Assembly: GCA_024679065.1 (NCBI GenBank)
Contig: JAGIQG010000011.1
Span: forward strand, 37,138,001-37,202,000
Reading direction: 5' to 3'
DNA: 64,000 bases
Origin: Sphyrna mokarran
Lineage: Eukaryota
Positions 37,246 to 48,836 of this stretch are shown piece by piece. The translations under genes were made by a program, and so were the position numbers. Under the pieces are notes generated by a model. The model searched no databases and was not told where the DNA came from. It saw only the letters and a program-made list of their open reading frames with translations. Numbering within the stretch: position 1 is the stretch's first letter; the number at the start of each line of letters is the position of its first letter.

Positions 37246-38292
37246 GGGCCTGATTCATCCATCCTGACGCATACGTTTTTTGATGCATTGTGTTGGGAGA
37301 TGCACATGTTAGCCATTTCATGGGATTCACGCATGCATCACAACACATGCACACCTCCCACTGCTGGCAAGTATATATGGTCGAGACCATACTGGAAACC
37401 AGCGGGGAGACCAGGTAAGTGATTTTAATCTATTTTTTATGTAAGTTAAAAATCATTATTGAGGCTGGGACTGAGTTTTCTAGGCCCGATAGTGTCTCCC
37501 ATCCCACTAGGAATATTTCACTCCGGTGGGATTTACATTAGCTCCCCAGATTTGGGGAGCTAGCAGGAGCTCATGCTGGAGTGAAGGGGGGCAATTGGGT
37601 CCCCCAGGGAGTTAGGTAGTGGGGTGGTGGTGCCCCCCAAGCATTGGCATCCTGGCAGTGTCAGCTTGTGCCCCCGGCACTGCGCAAGGGGCAAAATGCC
37701 CATGCTCAGGGGTCACCTTGGTACTGTCTACCAAGCATTTGGCAGTGCCAAGTTGGTGGGGCTTATTGTGGCAGGACTTGAGGTGATCGATAGAGGAGCA
37801 AGGTCCCACTGCCATTCTGCATGAGGATCAATCAAGGCTGAAGGAAGGCCGACGATTGGTGCAGGCTGAAAGGGGAGGTCTGCCTCCCAGGAGCGCATCC
37901 ACCTGCTGGGGGGTGGGAGAGTTTGTGGAGACGTCATCACTGCTGCTGGCTGGAGATTGGGCACTCTGAGACATGGGGACGGGGTCATGTCTGACTCAGG
38001 AATGATCCGTGGAGGCTGTGAGTAGACCATGGTGGGTGGGGAGTACAGCTGCGTCCCAGGGTCCCAGGCTGGCCAGCAAATGGGAATCTGAGATATTGGG
38101 GCCACTGCGCATGCACAGAATTCTGGAACTGTCAGACTCTGGCGTGAATAAACCACGCCCCTGAGCTTTTAATGACCTCTGCCTTGCACAGGGTGTGGGA
38201 GATTTAGGTCTGAACTTCCACTGAGAAAACAATCATGAATTATACCAGATTTCCCACCAATTCAGCACTCCAATTTTTTTTGAATCGGGCCC
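37246..38292. mobile_element. Harbinger MITE (~1.05 kb) inserted in the tail of an HE1 SINE
   Basis: TIRs GGGCCTGATTCA / TGAATCGGGCCC; flanks GTA / ATA within the SINE's CATAGAAT repeat tail. Confidence 0.8.
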
Positions 38293-38510
38293 ATAGAATC
38301 CCCGCAGTGCAAAAGGAGGCCATTCGGCCCATCAAGCCTGCACCGACAACAATCTCATCCAGGTTCTATCCCTATAACCCTATTAATCCCCTGACTTTAA
38401 GGGTCAACTGAGCATGGCCAATCCACCTAACCCACACATCTTTGGAGTGCGGGAGGAAACCAGAGCACCCAGAGAAAACTCACAGAGGGAAAATGTGCAA
38501 ACTCTATGCA
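38293..38510 (-). mobile_element. HE1-type V-SINE (5'-truncated)
   Basis: CAGTGCAAAAGGAGGCCATTCGGCCCATC...CACATCTTTGG...GGAGGAAACCAGAGCACCC. Confidence 0.8.
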
Positions 38511-39689
38511 GTACAGGCTTTTCCTTACTTCTGCTCTAACTTTGCTAGAAGTGGCTTGAAAACTTTGAGAAGAGAAACATAAGTGCCACTTGCACATTTA
38601 TCTGAGACTTCTGTAGCTGTTCCACTGAAACTATAATAGATTAACAAGAGACGTCCTGCTGAAATTAATCAATGGTGGTTTTAATACATTTATTCTACTT
38701 GGAACACAGAAATAATTGAAAAACAAGGGTATTATTGACCTATAATGTAAAAAATAAATCTCAAGTTGGTCCAATAGACATTATATATACAGTAGGCATT
38801 AGCCACATATTATGGAGTCCAAATGGGGAAAATCATATTTCTGATAGGTAAATGATGAATGCACAGTCATTGCAATGTGATCACAATAATCATATTCCTA
38901 TAACATATGCATTTTTAATCTGTATATATTTATTATTAAAATGCTCAGCTGAATAATAGAACATGTGACTTCTTTTGAGCTTTCTGTATGCTTTACTTAC
39001 TGTTAAGTAAGTACCAATAAAGTACATTGATTGCACTGTGTAAATGTTCATGAATTATTATTTAGAGAACCATGCATGCAGCTAAATTGTACTTCATTGT
39101 CACAGCAGTTAATTGTCAGCAACTTCTACTGACCCAAATCTTCTGGTGAGTGGCAGTGCTGGGGATATTGCTGACGATTGTGAACATAACTACAGCAAAC
39201 ATTTCTCCTTCCTCGTAGCCAAGCTGCAGCAACAATCAATCTGTGCAGTCATCCACAAAGAGCAATTGCAAAGAGGAGCAGTGGAGAGGTCAAAAGAATG
39301 GGAGAAAGGACATAGTTGAGAAGGGTGAGTAATGAGACCGGGGTGTAGTTGGGGGTGCGAAGGTACTTGCGGATAGGTAGGGAATGGGTAGGTAGTGCGC
39401 AGTGAGGTTGGAACATGGGTATTTGGGATGAGGGTGCGTGGATTTAGAGGTATGGTAGGATGTGTGGGGATGGTTAGGAGGCTAGCCTGGTAAGCTTTGT
39501 TGTTTCCGGGTTAATATCACACAACAAATCTAAGTTTCCAACACTCGGGTGAGCATTGAAGACATTTATGGAGCAGCACGGCAACACAAATTTGCCCATG
39601 AGAAGTTTAAACTCCCTGGGCAATTACCATGCATGTGCAAGGATCAGGATCTCTAGAGGGTCCCAATGCACAACACTGGACATAAATTC

Positions 39690-39955
39690 AAGGAGAGGGG
39701 TAGGAGGTTTAGGGGGGATGTGAGGAATTACTTTTTTTTACCCAGAGGGTGCTAATGGTGTGGAAAGCGCTGCCTGGGAAGGTGGGAGAGATGACACTTT
39801 GAAAGATACCTGGATGAGCACTTGGCACATTATAACTACAAGGCTACGGGCCAAGTGCTGGTAAATGGGAGTAGGTGGGAGGTCAGGTTGTTTTTTGCGT
39901 GCCTGAGCAGATTTGATAGCCAAAAGGGCCCCACCTGCACTCTATAATTCTATGA
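39690..39955 (+). mobile_element. CR1 3' end fragment
   Basis: GGGGGATGTGAGGAATTACTTTTTTTACCCAGAGGGTG...GATAGCCAAAAGGGCC...AATTCTATGA. Confidence 0.7.
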
Positions 39956-40617
39956 ATGCTAAATGTCTTAGCATTCACCACTGTTGGAAGAGGAAGATCG
40001 GGCTTCGCTTGATTTGAGTTTAAGGTTTAGAGAGTTCAGATTAATAATTTTATATTGACAAATTGTATCAAATGTCAGATTAATAACAAGCCAACCCATT
40101 CAGACAAGGTCAGTCTATAACATCAGCACACTTAGGTCAGATAGTGTATCTAAATTATACAAGTGTAGGAATGTAATGGGGATATTACTTACACTGATAT
40201 TGAAGTCATTTATGAAAATAAACTCAGTAAAGGTTTACTTATGTCAGGACTTTTAAATTGGGCTTATTGCATTTTTAAGTCAGGAATTCAGACTAGCTGG
40301 AAATGAAACATTTAAATAGTTTTTTCCTCATTTTTGTTTCATCAAAAGTCTGTAGTAAACTTCATTAAAGCTCTGCATTAATCTTTTGTTATTTGGTTTT
40401 TTGATAATTACTTATGTGACAATAATCATTGTAACCTGGAATGGCAGTGATGATCAAGTAAGGAATTTTTTTCCAAATTTGTTTTATATTGGTAAAAATG
40501 CCTGTTTAAAGATCACTGATTAATATTCAGAATGTGTTGCAAGTAAGTTTGGCTTTATTATGCAAATATGGCTATGCCCAGAGAAAGCTTCTCCTCAATC
40601 TGGATAGTTCCACACAC

Positions 40618-40708
40618 CTTGCTGAAAGTATATTGTTGAAATAAGTGGAAAGAAGCCTGTGATGGCCGGTCAGGCCTGTGAATGTGTTCTCAGTGCAGGA
40701 TGACGTGA
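40618..40708 (-). CDS. Coding exon of unnamed gene (VTSSCTENTFTGLTGHHRLLSTYFNNILSA(R))
   Basis: Open phase 1-2 exon with NAGNAG acceptor cctaaccag|cag| (alternative end 40711) and donor AAG|gtgtgt. An in-frame TAA just upstream fixes the acceptor. Confidence 0.7.
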
Positions 40709-41188
40709 CTGCTGGTTAGGAACCAATTATGTACTCAAACTGATGACATCAGAAGGCACCTTCAATATCCTATTCTAGTTTAACCTTTCCATTCTAAGTT
40801 TAGAAGGCACTGTAGATGAAGAAACCAATTATCTCCAAGACTTCTGACCTTTGTTGTGCTTTCTGCGAGGAATCAAGTGAGGTAAGGATTCTAAATCAGT
40901 CAGAATTAGAGTTTAATTTACATCCCCTTTTGATCCTAGAGTTAAAATGACAAAATAATGATGGTAAAGCCATCTCTATGAATTGATTCACTGCAGTGCA
41001 AAACTTGTAGGTTGATGAGTCACCTATTATCAATTCGTTCCAAATCATTTATCAACTGCATTCTTTGGATGAGAACTAATTCAACTGAGTTATTTGCTGA
41101 GGAAAGCTAGGTCAGAAAGGCTCCAGTAAGCTTTAGCAAGGGACAGTACTCATGCCAAGCAGAATTTGGAACAGTACCTGAACAGTAC

Positions 41189-41249
41189 CTTTCATAGTTG
41201 GAGGTGTGTATACACTCTTCTTTCTCTGTTGAGGTGACATCTCAGCATT
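41189..41249 (-). CDS. Coding exon of unnamed gene (NAEMSPQQRKKSVYTPPTMK)
   Basis: Strong poly-T acceptor ttttttttttacag|, donor AAG|gtactg, phase 0-1. Confidence 0.75.
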
Positions 41250-42079
41250 CTGTAAAAAAAAAAATCAATAGCATCAAATTTGAGTAGATTGCATGGACCT
41301 TCCAAACAATTCTTGAGAAGTAAATAAAGAGAATTTGATTAAATGTATTCGCACATTGATAAATCTTTTTAAAAATAATTCTGAACTGTTCAAAATTGCA
41401 CAAATGAGCTCAATTTCACAAGCTATCATTCACAGAAGCAGCAAATATTCCATCTTAGTAACTCTTTGAACAATAGTGAGGAGGATTGTAACACCTCGCT
41501 GTGCCCGTCGATCAGCATGGTGTGCTGGGAATATATCTTGCAAAGTGAAAAGTCCAATTTGCACCCAGTCTGAAACGGATTGCTATCTTCCCAGTTCCTT
41601 TTAATAACACAAGAAAGGGAGGCCTGAATGAGGGCGGGGCTATGATGGGGACTGCTACAATGTGGGAGCGATACATAAGGGGCTAAGTAGGGGCTCTATG
41701 TAGGTGGGATCTATATAGTGACGGAGGGGTAGCGTAGGGATGGACCACAACAGGAGAGCATGATAGGGCACCTATTGGGAGGGCTCCAATGCTCCAAAGT
41801 TGGCAACCCATGTTGATGTGAGGGGAGGATATGCTGCTGCTAATGAAGAGGTGGTTCCTATATCAATGGGAGGTGGTAGGAGGTCTTCCAGTTCACTGGG
41901 GCACCCTAGCAAAATGGTGGTTAAGCACTCTGAAGCCAGTTTCACCAGCATGTTTAGATCCACCCCTCCATACCAGTGCCAAGCTCCCAATTCTTCAAAG
42001 AAGTGACTGAAGATTGCGATAGGGAGTGTGATGAAAAGACTGGTGTTGATTGCTCTTGTTTTCTCACCGTTATGACAGT

Positions 42080-42420
42080 CAGGCTGAAATTTTCCAGTCA
42101 TTTCTCCAGTCCCAGTACAGTGAATAGAGATTTGGCTGAGCATGAAATTCTCTGGTCTTGCTTGCAATGGTGGCACGATATGAATGACTGGAGAATTTTT
42201 TGGGACAATTCTGCCCTTTCAGTTCCTACTTTTTTGGCCTCCCAGCCACGTGTTTCTCGATGGTGGGAGGTGGGAGTGTTCATTGATGACGGGATTCTCT
42301 GGTCGCTGTCAATGGGATTTCCCATTGGTGTCACCCCATACCAGTACGAAAGCTGCGGAAAGGAGTGCACAGCCAGCAAGACCGAAGAATCCTGATGGTA
42401 AGAACGGCCTGAGAATTCAT
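42080..42420. mobile_element. Adjacent short Harbinger-like MITEs
   Basis: AATTTTCCAGTCATT...AATGACTGGAGAATT hairpin, then GGGATTCTCTGGTC...TCAATGGGATTTCCCATTG...GAGAATTC, similar to the 52446-53530 MITE. Confidence 0.5.
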
Positions 42421-42949
42421 ACACAAAACCGTCTACTCATCCTCTAATATGAAGAAAACAGTTTTTCATTATAAATAGACTCAGTGCATAAACACTTCCT
42501 AGAAATCAAGTTAGCATTTCAAGGCAATAATCAAATTAGAATCCTGCTCTCACATTTTCATGGAAGCTTCCAGAAATAGTAGAGCTTAGCACAACAGTTA
42601 CCATGAGGAATCAATATTTCAGCTTCTGTTACACAGTGGATTGCAAAATGGGTTTGTGCAACTCTTCATTTCCCAGTATACATTTGGAACTATGGTTTGG
42701 GGTCGGGTAGAAATGAGGCTGGATCAGGCCAAATAAGTACAATGGGAACCAATGTGGGGCAGCGGTATGAAACCAGTCCTCGTCACCCCACCACTCCCGA
42801 AAACAGTCACAGATTGGCATTCACCATATCGATTCAGGTAGCTTTAAAACATCCTAGTCCACCTCTTCAACAGAGCATTTGAAATACGTAAATACAAGTT
42901 TGTTATCTTTCACATAATAGTATTGTGGGAACATGGGATTCAAGGGTTT

Positions 42950-43275
42950 ATAGAATTACAGAGTGTCTACAGGGCAGAAGGAAGTTATCTGGCTCATCAA
43001 TTTCACATTAGGTATCTTACCTAGACCCCAATCCTGTAACTGCTCGCACTTACCCTGCTTGTCTCCCTAACCTACATACTAAGGGACAATTTAGCAATGT
43101 AGACCTATTTAATCTGCACATCTTTTGAGTGTGGGAGGAAGCCGGGGCACTTGAAGGAAACCCACAAATGTACGGGGAGAATGTGCAAACTCCAGACAGA
43201 CAGTCAGCCCAGTCTGGAATCAAACCCAGGTCCTAGGATCTGTGAGACAGCAGTGCTAACCTCTGTGCTGTCCAT
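42950..43275 (-). mobile_element. HE1-type V-SINE
   Basis: AAGGGACAATTTAGC...CTGCACATCTTT...GGGGAGAATGTGCAAACTCC...CTGTGAGACAGCAGTGCTAAC. Confidence 0.8.
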
Positions 43276-43442
43276 TCTGAGCCTGAACTAGTTTCTTCCT
43301 GCCAGTCAGCCAACTGGTTATCCTGGTGATATTTAAAGGGAACCTCAGCAGCAGGCAGGTAAATTTCTAGCTATTTTAGGCTGTTTACGGGCTTGGAGCT
43401 GTTGCTTCAGCTGCAGTTTGATGGGGCAAAGTGACTTTTTAC

Positions 43443-43515
43443 CACTGTAGTAATTTCTTTGTACATAAGTTCCAGCCATTTGTCGTTTTTAAAACAGATG
43501 TTTTGCTGTGTCCAC
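43443..43515 (-). CDS. Coding exon of unnamed gene ((R)WTQQNICFKNDKWLELMYKEITTV)
   Basis: Long pyrimidine tract ...tcttcctctcgctgtacag|, donor GTG|gtaaaa, phase 2-0, joins 41249 in frame. Confidence 0.75.
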
Positions 43516-45989
43516 CTGTACAGCGAGAGGAAGAGGACAGCAAGCAAAGACGGCAAAGAATTGCAACTGCTAGTAAAAGAGGAGGAGAAAAGGCCAGGCA
43601 TGAGAGGTCTCACAGTACACAGGTCATTGTCAGCAAGATCTATTGCCTCAACTCAAGTATGGTGCAAAATGGCTGGAAACTTCACTTCAACAAGTAACAT
43701 CTTCTACAGCAACTATTAGAGTGCTCCATTGGGCAAGTTCAATACAACTTCTGTCAAGATAAGGCCCTCAGTTTTTAATTAACAAAGTCGTGTAATGCTG
43801 CCTCAGATGACACTTGCAATGTTGGTCAATTTACGTTGCTTTGCATGCAATGGATGCACTCTTCATCAAGAAGAAGAATTTTGTCAGCTTCCCTAAGCCA
43901 TAGAAGAAAACTCACAGCTCCCCCAAAGTGTATTTTCCTAATGGTCCAGAAAATAATTGATTGTAAACAACATTCTCAAACTCCATATAAAGACCTTAGA
44001 TTATTCATGAACAGAAAGTGCAGCCGGTATCTAACTGTCCATTTCTTGGCAGTTTTCAGATGACTTTTTCCTAGCCCAGCCCACAATCTTCTCTTTTTTC
44101 CACCCATCCCATTGGCTCAAAAGATAGCTGTTTAGAGACACAGTTCTATGAACACTTTTCCTTTCATTTCTATAAAGAACTTGTGCACAGAAGCTTAACA
44201 ATGCTGCAATCAAAGGTCCTCCAGTAACAGCCTGTGAGGGCCTTTAGAATTGGCCTACTTTTGCTACATTCTTACAGTGTTGTGTTGCAAGAGGGATAAC
44301 CCTTGTAGCCACATTCTGGAAAAGACATGGAGGAGCTAGTTAAGGAAAACAGGCATCCGAAAACAATGAGGAGGGCACAGGTCAGCAATGATGCCAACTT
44401 GGCATCAACAGCTAATCCATTACAGGTTCTGTTGAATTGTCTCTGTTTTCTATGCCTAAAACAGTCTCTTCAATCTTCGCAACAAGCTCTTATACCCAGC
44501 TGAAGAGAATTCCCAAAGCAATGCAAAGGAAATATAGTACAGCAAAGAACTATTCAGTAATGGTTCATTTGTTATATAGTGATAATTGAAAACTAAACAT
44601 CAATCTTGTGCAAGGCCCAGGGTTTTCATGCTGCATTTTCTATTCTGACACTCCTAAGTGGTAATTTTGTGGTGTCAACAGCATGGAAGAGAAAAGGTTT
44701 GAGGACATTTAAAGTGAGCAATCTCCAGGAGCTATGAACATAGAGAGCCAACTGCCAACTGCACACTACCGTATCTTGGCAACAACCAATGCAGTCTGGC
44801 TCTTCTGGTCACCTGGCACCAAAGTGGGCATCAGGGAAACATATTGGCATCTAAAAGAGGGTAGCATATGTCACTTCCATGGTCTTAATGCCACTTTCAT
44901 TGGATTTCACCTCAGCATTCAGACTGCTCTGCAGAAGAACAGAGACCGGAACTGAGACAATGTTATCCAAAGTCTTCATCTTGCCTTGAAAGCTAGAATA
45001 GAGCTAAAATGACAACAGCGTGAGATTCTGTTGAATGTGCTAGAGCAATCATTAGCATCTCCATCACATGCAATGATCAGAGTGCGGACCAGTTGCTTCA
45101 TGGTTAACTATGTTGCTTTTATACCCTACACATTAAAGTTACAGCTGGACTCCCTGACTCTGCACAGGCTGTTTGGCAGGCAGCAAAACTATTTCATGAT
45201 TTGTCATACACAAACATTAATCCGCTACAGTAAGGTGATCCTGGAAATCATTACCCATCCTTTAGGAGCATGCTCATTCTGCAGTGTTCTGATTTCTGGA
45301 CTATCATAGTCCCCATGTCCTTATTCTTCCAATCTGATGCTGGGTAAATCTCCAAGTTCAGACTCTTCTACTCGGTCTTCTACATCATGTAAAGTGTCAG
45401 TCCTGAGTTGCTTTATGGCTATGTGTATCTAAAGACTTTCTCTTCCTCTAAGCTGTGGGCACTATTTCAGCTGGTCTTGGAAAGGGAAGAAAGAGAGAGA
45501 CAGGGCTAGTATTAAGACACAAGGATAAGCAGAGAGATGTGTATGAGGTGACAGCAGGGCACTTTGTCATGCGCAACATGTGAGGGAGAAATTTCACTGA
45601 GAAAAGAAAAAGAGAGAAAAATGGCCACTCTGCGGAACAGGTCCTCCAATTTCCTGACTTCAATACTGCCCACTGGCCTCCTGTCTGTGATAGCCATAGC
45701 AGTCTTTCCCAATAGGTAGGGAAGGTCTCCTTTTTGTTCCTGCTCCCTGTCAATGTACATCAGTTTGTGGGTCAGTGAAAAGTTCTAAAGATATTGCTGT
45801 CAGAACAGAATAGTGTTGCAAGAAAGATGGCAGAAGTGTGAAGAAGTGAGAGCCAAGGTGGAGATTGTAGAGACAGGGTCAGGTGCAGTGTGCCAGCAGT
45901 TGATTGAGGGGAGGTCTGCTGTGTGATTTGAATAAACAATTGGTTCATCTTTCCCACCATGTTGGCTGATATCGTTAACCGTCTTTCCT

Positions 45990-47150
45990 CCCTCTTCCAA
46001 TCAAATCTGCCATTAAATTAACATGAATATTCAAATGATCAGACTGCTGATCTGACAGGGAGCAGAAATTTCCTCCAATTAAATATCAGCAAGAATGAAG
46101 CTATTGTCTTCGGTCCCCATTCCATAACCCTATTCCCTAACTCTCGAATCCATTCCTTTATCAGACAACTATCTGAGACTAAATCAAATTGTTCATCACT
46201 TTAATATTACATTTGAACCAAAGTGGAACTCCCAATCACACATCTGTGTCACCCCAATGCAAATGTAGGGGTGGCACAGTGGTTAGCACTACTATCTCAC
46301 GGTGCTAGGGACATGGGTTCAATTCCCAGCTTGGGTCATTGTCTGTGTAGGGTCTGCATGTTTTCCCTCCATCACATGGGTTTCCTCCAGATGCTCCAGT
46401 TTCCTTCCACAATCCGAAAGATATGCTGGATAGGAGCATTGGCCATGCAAAATTCTCCTGCAATGTACCCAAACAGGCACTGGAGTGTGGCGACTAGAGG
46501 ATTTTCCCAGGAATTTCACTGGAGTGTTCATGTAAGCCTACTTGTGACACTGATAAATGAACTTTAAACATAAACTCCATCTATTTTCATCTCTGTAAAA
46601 TTGCCTGACTTCATTCCTGCCTCAACTCATAACCATTGAAATACTCAATCATTATTTTGTTACTTCTAGACTTAACTATCCCAATGCACTCCTGCTGGTC
46701 TTCCAATTGGACCTTCCATAAACTTAAGGTCATCCAAAACTCTTCTGCCTGTCCTTGCTCACACTGAATCTCGTTGACCTTGTTATTGATTGTTATCCTT
46801 GTGCTTGTTGAGTTACGTTGGCTTCCAGTCAAACGGTGTGCTGATTTTAAAATGTTCATCGTTCTTTGCAAATTCCTCCTCTGCTTCACCCCTTCCTTTT
46901 TCTGTAATCCCCTCTAGCCATTAACCCTCCATATCCACATTCATCTAATTCTGACCTCTTGAACATCCACAACTTTAATTGCCCCATCAATCGTAACTGG
47001 ATTCAGCTGCAGAGATCCAAAGTTTCGGAATTTCTTCCCTAACCCTTCCACCTATTTAAGTCACTCTTTAAAAGCTCCGTCTTTGACCATGTTATTGATC
47101 ATCTATCCTAAGATTATTTACTGTGGCTGAATATCAAATTGTGTTTGATA
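45990..47150 (+). mobile_element. L2 LINE 3' fragment, interrupted by a SINE
   Basis: AATTTCCTCCAATTAAATATCAGCAAGAATGAAGCTATTGTC (NFLQLNISKNEAIV) and ACTTCTAGACTTAACTATCCCAATGCACTCCTG (TSRLNYPNALL) are L2 RT C-terminal motifs. Confidence 0.75.
46262..46565 (+). mobile_element. V-SINE with alternative tail, nested in L2
   Basis: GGTGGCACAGTGGTTAGCACT...GGGTTCAATTCCC head; tail GTGTGGCGACTAGAGGATTTTC...GCCTACTTGTGACACTGATAAA. Confidence 0.85.
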
Positions 47151-47157
47151 CTGTGTT

Positions 47158-47490
47158 CATAGAATCATAGATTATCATAGAATCTTACAGTGCAGAAGAA
47201 GGCCATTCAGTCCATTGAGTCTGCACCAATCACAATCCCACCTAAGTCCTATTCCCATAATCTGTGTATTTCCCTGGCTAACCATGCTGATAATAAGGGG
47301 CAATTTAGCACGGTCAATCAATCTAATCCTTACATCTTTGGACTGTGGGAGGAAACCGGAGCACCCAAAGGAAACCCACGTAGACACGAGAAGAATGAGC
47401 AATCTCTACGCAATAATCCAAGCCAGGACTCGAACCCCGGTGCTTGGTGCTGTGAGGCAGCAGTGCTAACCACTGTGTCACCATGCTGTC
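47158..47490 (-). mobile_element. HE1-type V-SINE (full length)
   Basis: CATAGAATCATAG tail, V core, and head CTGTGAGGCAGCAGTGCTAACCACTGTGTCACC. Confidence 0.88.
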
Positions 47491-47619
47491 CTGAAGTTAC
47501 TAAGCACGATATAAATACAAGCCATTGTTGGTGTTGTCAGAAGAGAGTGATGGGAGTTGGGAGAAATAAGGGTTGTGAATATTGAAGCAACAGGCAGCAT
47601 GGGCTAGGAGTGAGACTGG

Positions 47620-47960
47620 GGATTTGATGTCCTAGTGGTATTATTACTGGGCTATTTATCCAGAAACTTAGTTAATATTCTGGAGTTCAAATCCCATCAT
47701 GGCAACTGATGGAATTTGAGTTCAATAAAAGAAATCTGGAATTAAGAATCTACTGATGACAATGGAACCATTGCCAATTGTCAAAAATACCCATCTGGTT
47801 CACTAATGTCCTTTAGGGAAGGAAATCTACATGCGACTACCAATCCACAGCAATGTGATTGGTTCTTAATTGCCCTCTGATCCAGGGCAACTAGGAATGG
47901 GCAATAAGTGCTGGCCAGCAGCGATGCCTTTGTGTCATAAATAAATAAGTAATAAAAAAG
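47620..47960 (+). mobile_element. tRNA-derived SINE sharing its tail with the CR1/L2-group LINE
   Basis: CTAGTGGTATTATTACTGG...GTTCAAATCCCATCATGGCA head; tail GGGCAACTAGGAATGGGCAATAAGTGCTGGCCAGC. Confidence 0.7.
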
Positions 47961-48167
47961 AAATGCGAGTCGGAATCATATCTTAGCCATCCCTACTGGA
48001 ATAACTTCACACCGATACCTCCTGTGTAGCAAAACAAAATCAGGGGAGTCTGGTTGGCTTTGCCATTTCTCTCTTTTGTAACAGTACCAAGGGATCTCTT
48101 GATAGGCCATATGCCCATCCATTCTTTAAAACTGACTTTTGCTGAGTACATTTTTGCCACCAGATGC

Positions 48168-48229
48168 TGTGCGTGCATGCATGCATGTCTGTGTGCGCAC
48201 ACACGCACGCACGCACACACACACACACA
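48168..48229. repeat. Alternating purine-pyrimidine microsatellite (TG/TGCA/CA)
   Basis: TGTGCGTGCATGCATGCATGTCTGTGTGCGCACACACGCACGCACGCACACACACACACACA. Confidence 0.9.
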
Positions 48230-48579
48230 GCCAGTCAAGCATGTGAATCAGATATCTACTCCAATTTTGCAGATCTCTCATTAGACATCACTGGACGTGT
48301 GTTTTCAATGCTTCACCATTCTCACGCTGGTTCCCAGCAATTTGCACTTTTCCGGTTTTCTCAGCCCATGTTTCAGATTCTTGGTATTTCCATATTAACA
48401 GCGTGTTCAATTTTAAAACCATTTTTATCCCCTGATAATTTGGTTTTATGTGTTGAATGTTTGGCTGGTAAATAATTGCTTTAGAATAAGATATCTCTTT
48501 GCCTTAAATGAACATGTTCAAATTTGAGCAATTACTAATATTGTGAAAGGTGGTAAAATAGCGATTAAGCTGTTCACTT

Positions 48580-48720
48580 GGCATGATTAGAACTTCACTG
48601 CACCCTCTCTTTCCTTCTCCCTATGTACTTTATGAATGGTATGTTTCTCTGTATAGCATGAAATAAACAAAACTTTTCACTGTATTCTTATAGATGTGCC
48701 AATAATAAATTAAATCAAAG
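48580..48720 (+). mobile_element. Rex1/Babar-like LINE 3' tail
   Basis: CTGCACCCTCTCTTTCCTTCTC...CTGTATAGC...CTTTTCACTGT...AATAATAAATTAAATCAAA; a related copy lies at 56880-57046. Confidence 0.55.
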
Positions 48721-48798
48721 CTGTTCTTCAATAGTAACATTGATCAGCCTATTTTTATTCATGTATGAAGAAAATAGTAATTATATTGTTCAACTTAC

Positions 48799-48836
48799 CT
48801 CACCTTGTGGATTGTTCTCCCTCTTTTCATCTACTT
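48799..48836 (-). CDS. Candidate upstream exon of unnamed gene (MKRGRTIHKV(R), or EVDEKRENNPQGE in another frame)
   Basis: Strong acceptor tttttccattttcttattcag| and consensus donor GAG|gtaagt. AAGTAG-ATG AAA AGA GGG AGA ACA ATC CAC AAG GTG AG ends in phase 2 and joins 43515 directly. Confidence 0.55.

Noticed and set aside
44813-44850. 38-nt candidate exon MPICFPDAHFGA(R)
   Set aside because: Phase-compatible, but the donor (gtgacc) is weak and the exon is not needed because 48799-48836 joins 43515 directly. Left unsupported.
45256-45475. Candidate first exon MGTMIVQKSEHCRMSMLLKDG
   Set aside because: Moderate donor, stops in all upstream frames and no independent support.
46262-46335. tRNA genes (also near 13980-14045 and 57545-57610)
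   Set aside because: These are box A/B heads of SINEs, with no complete cloverleaf.
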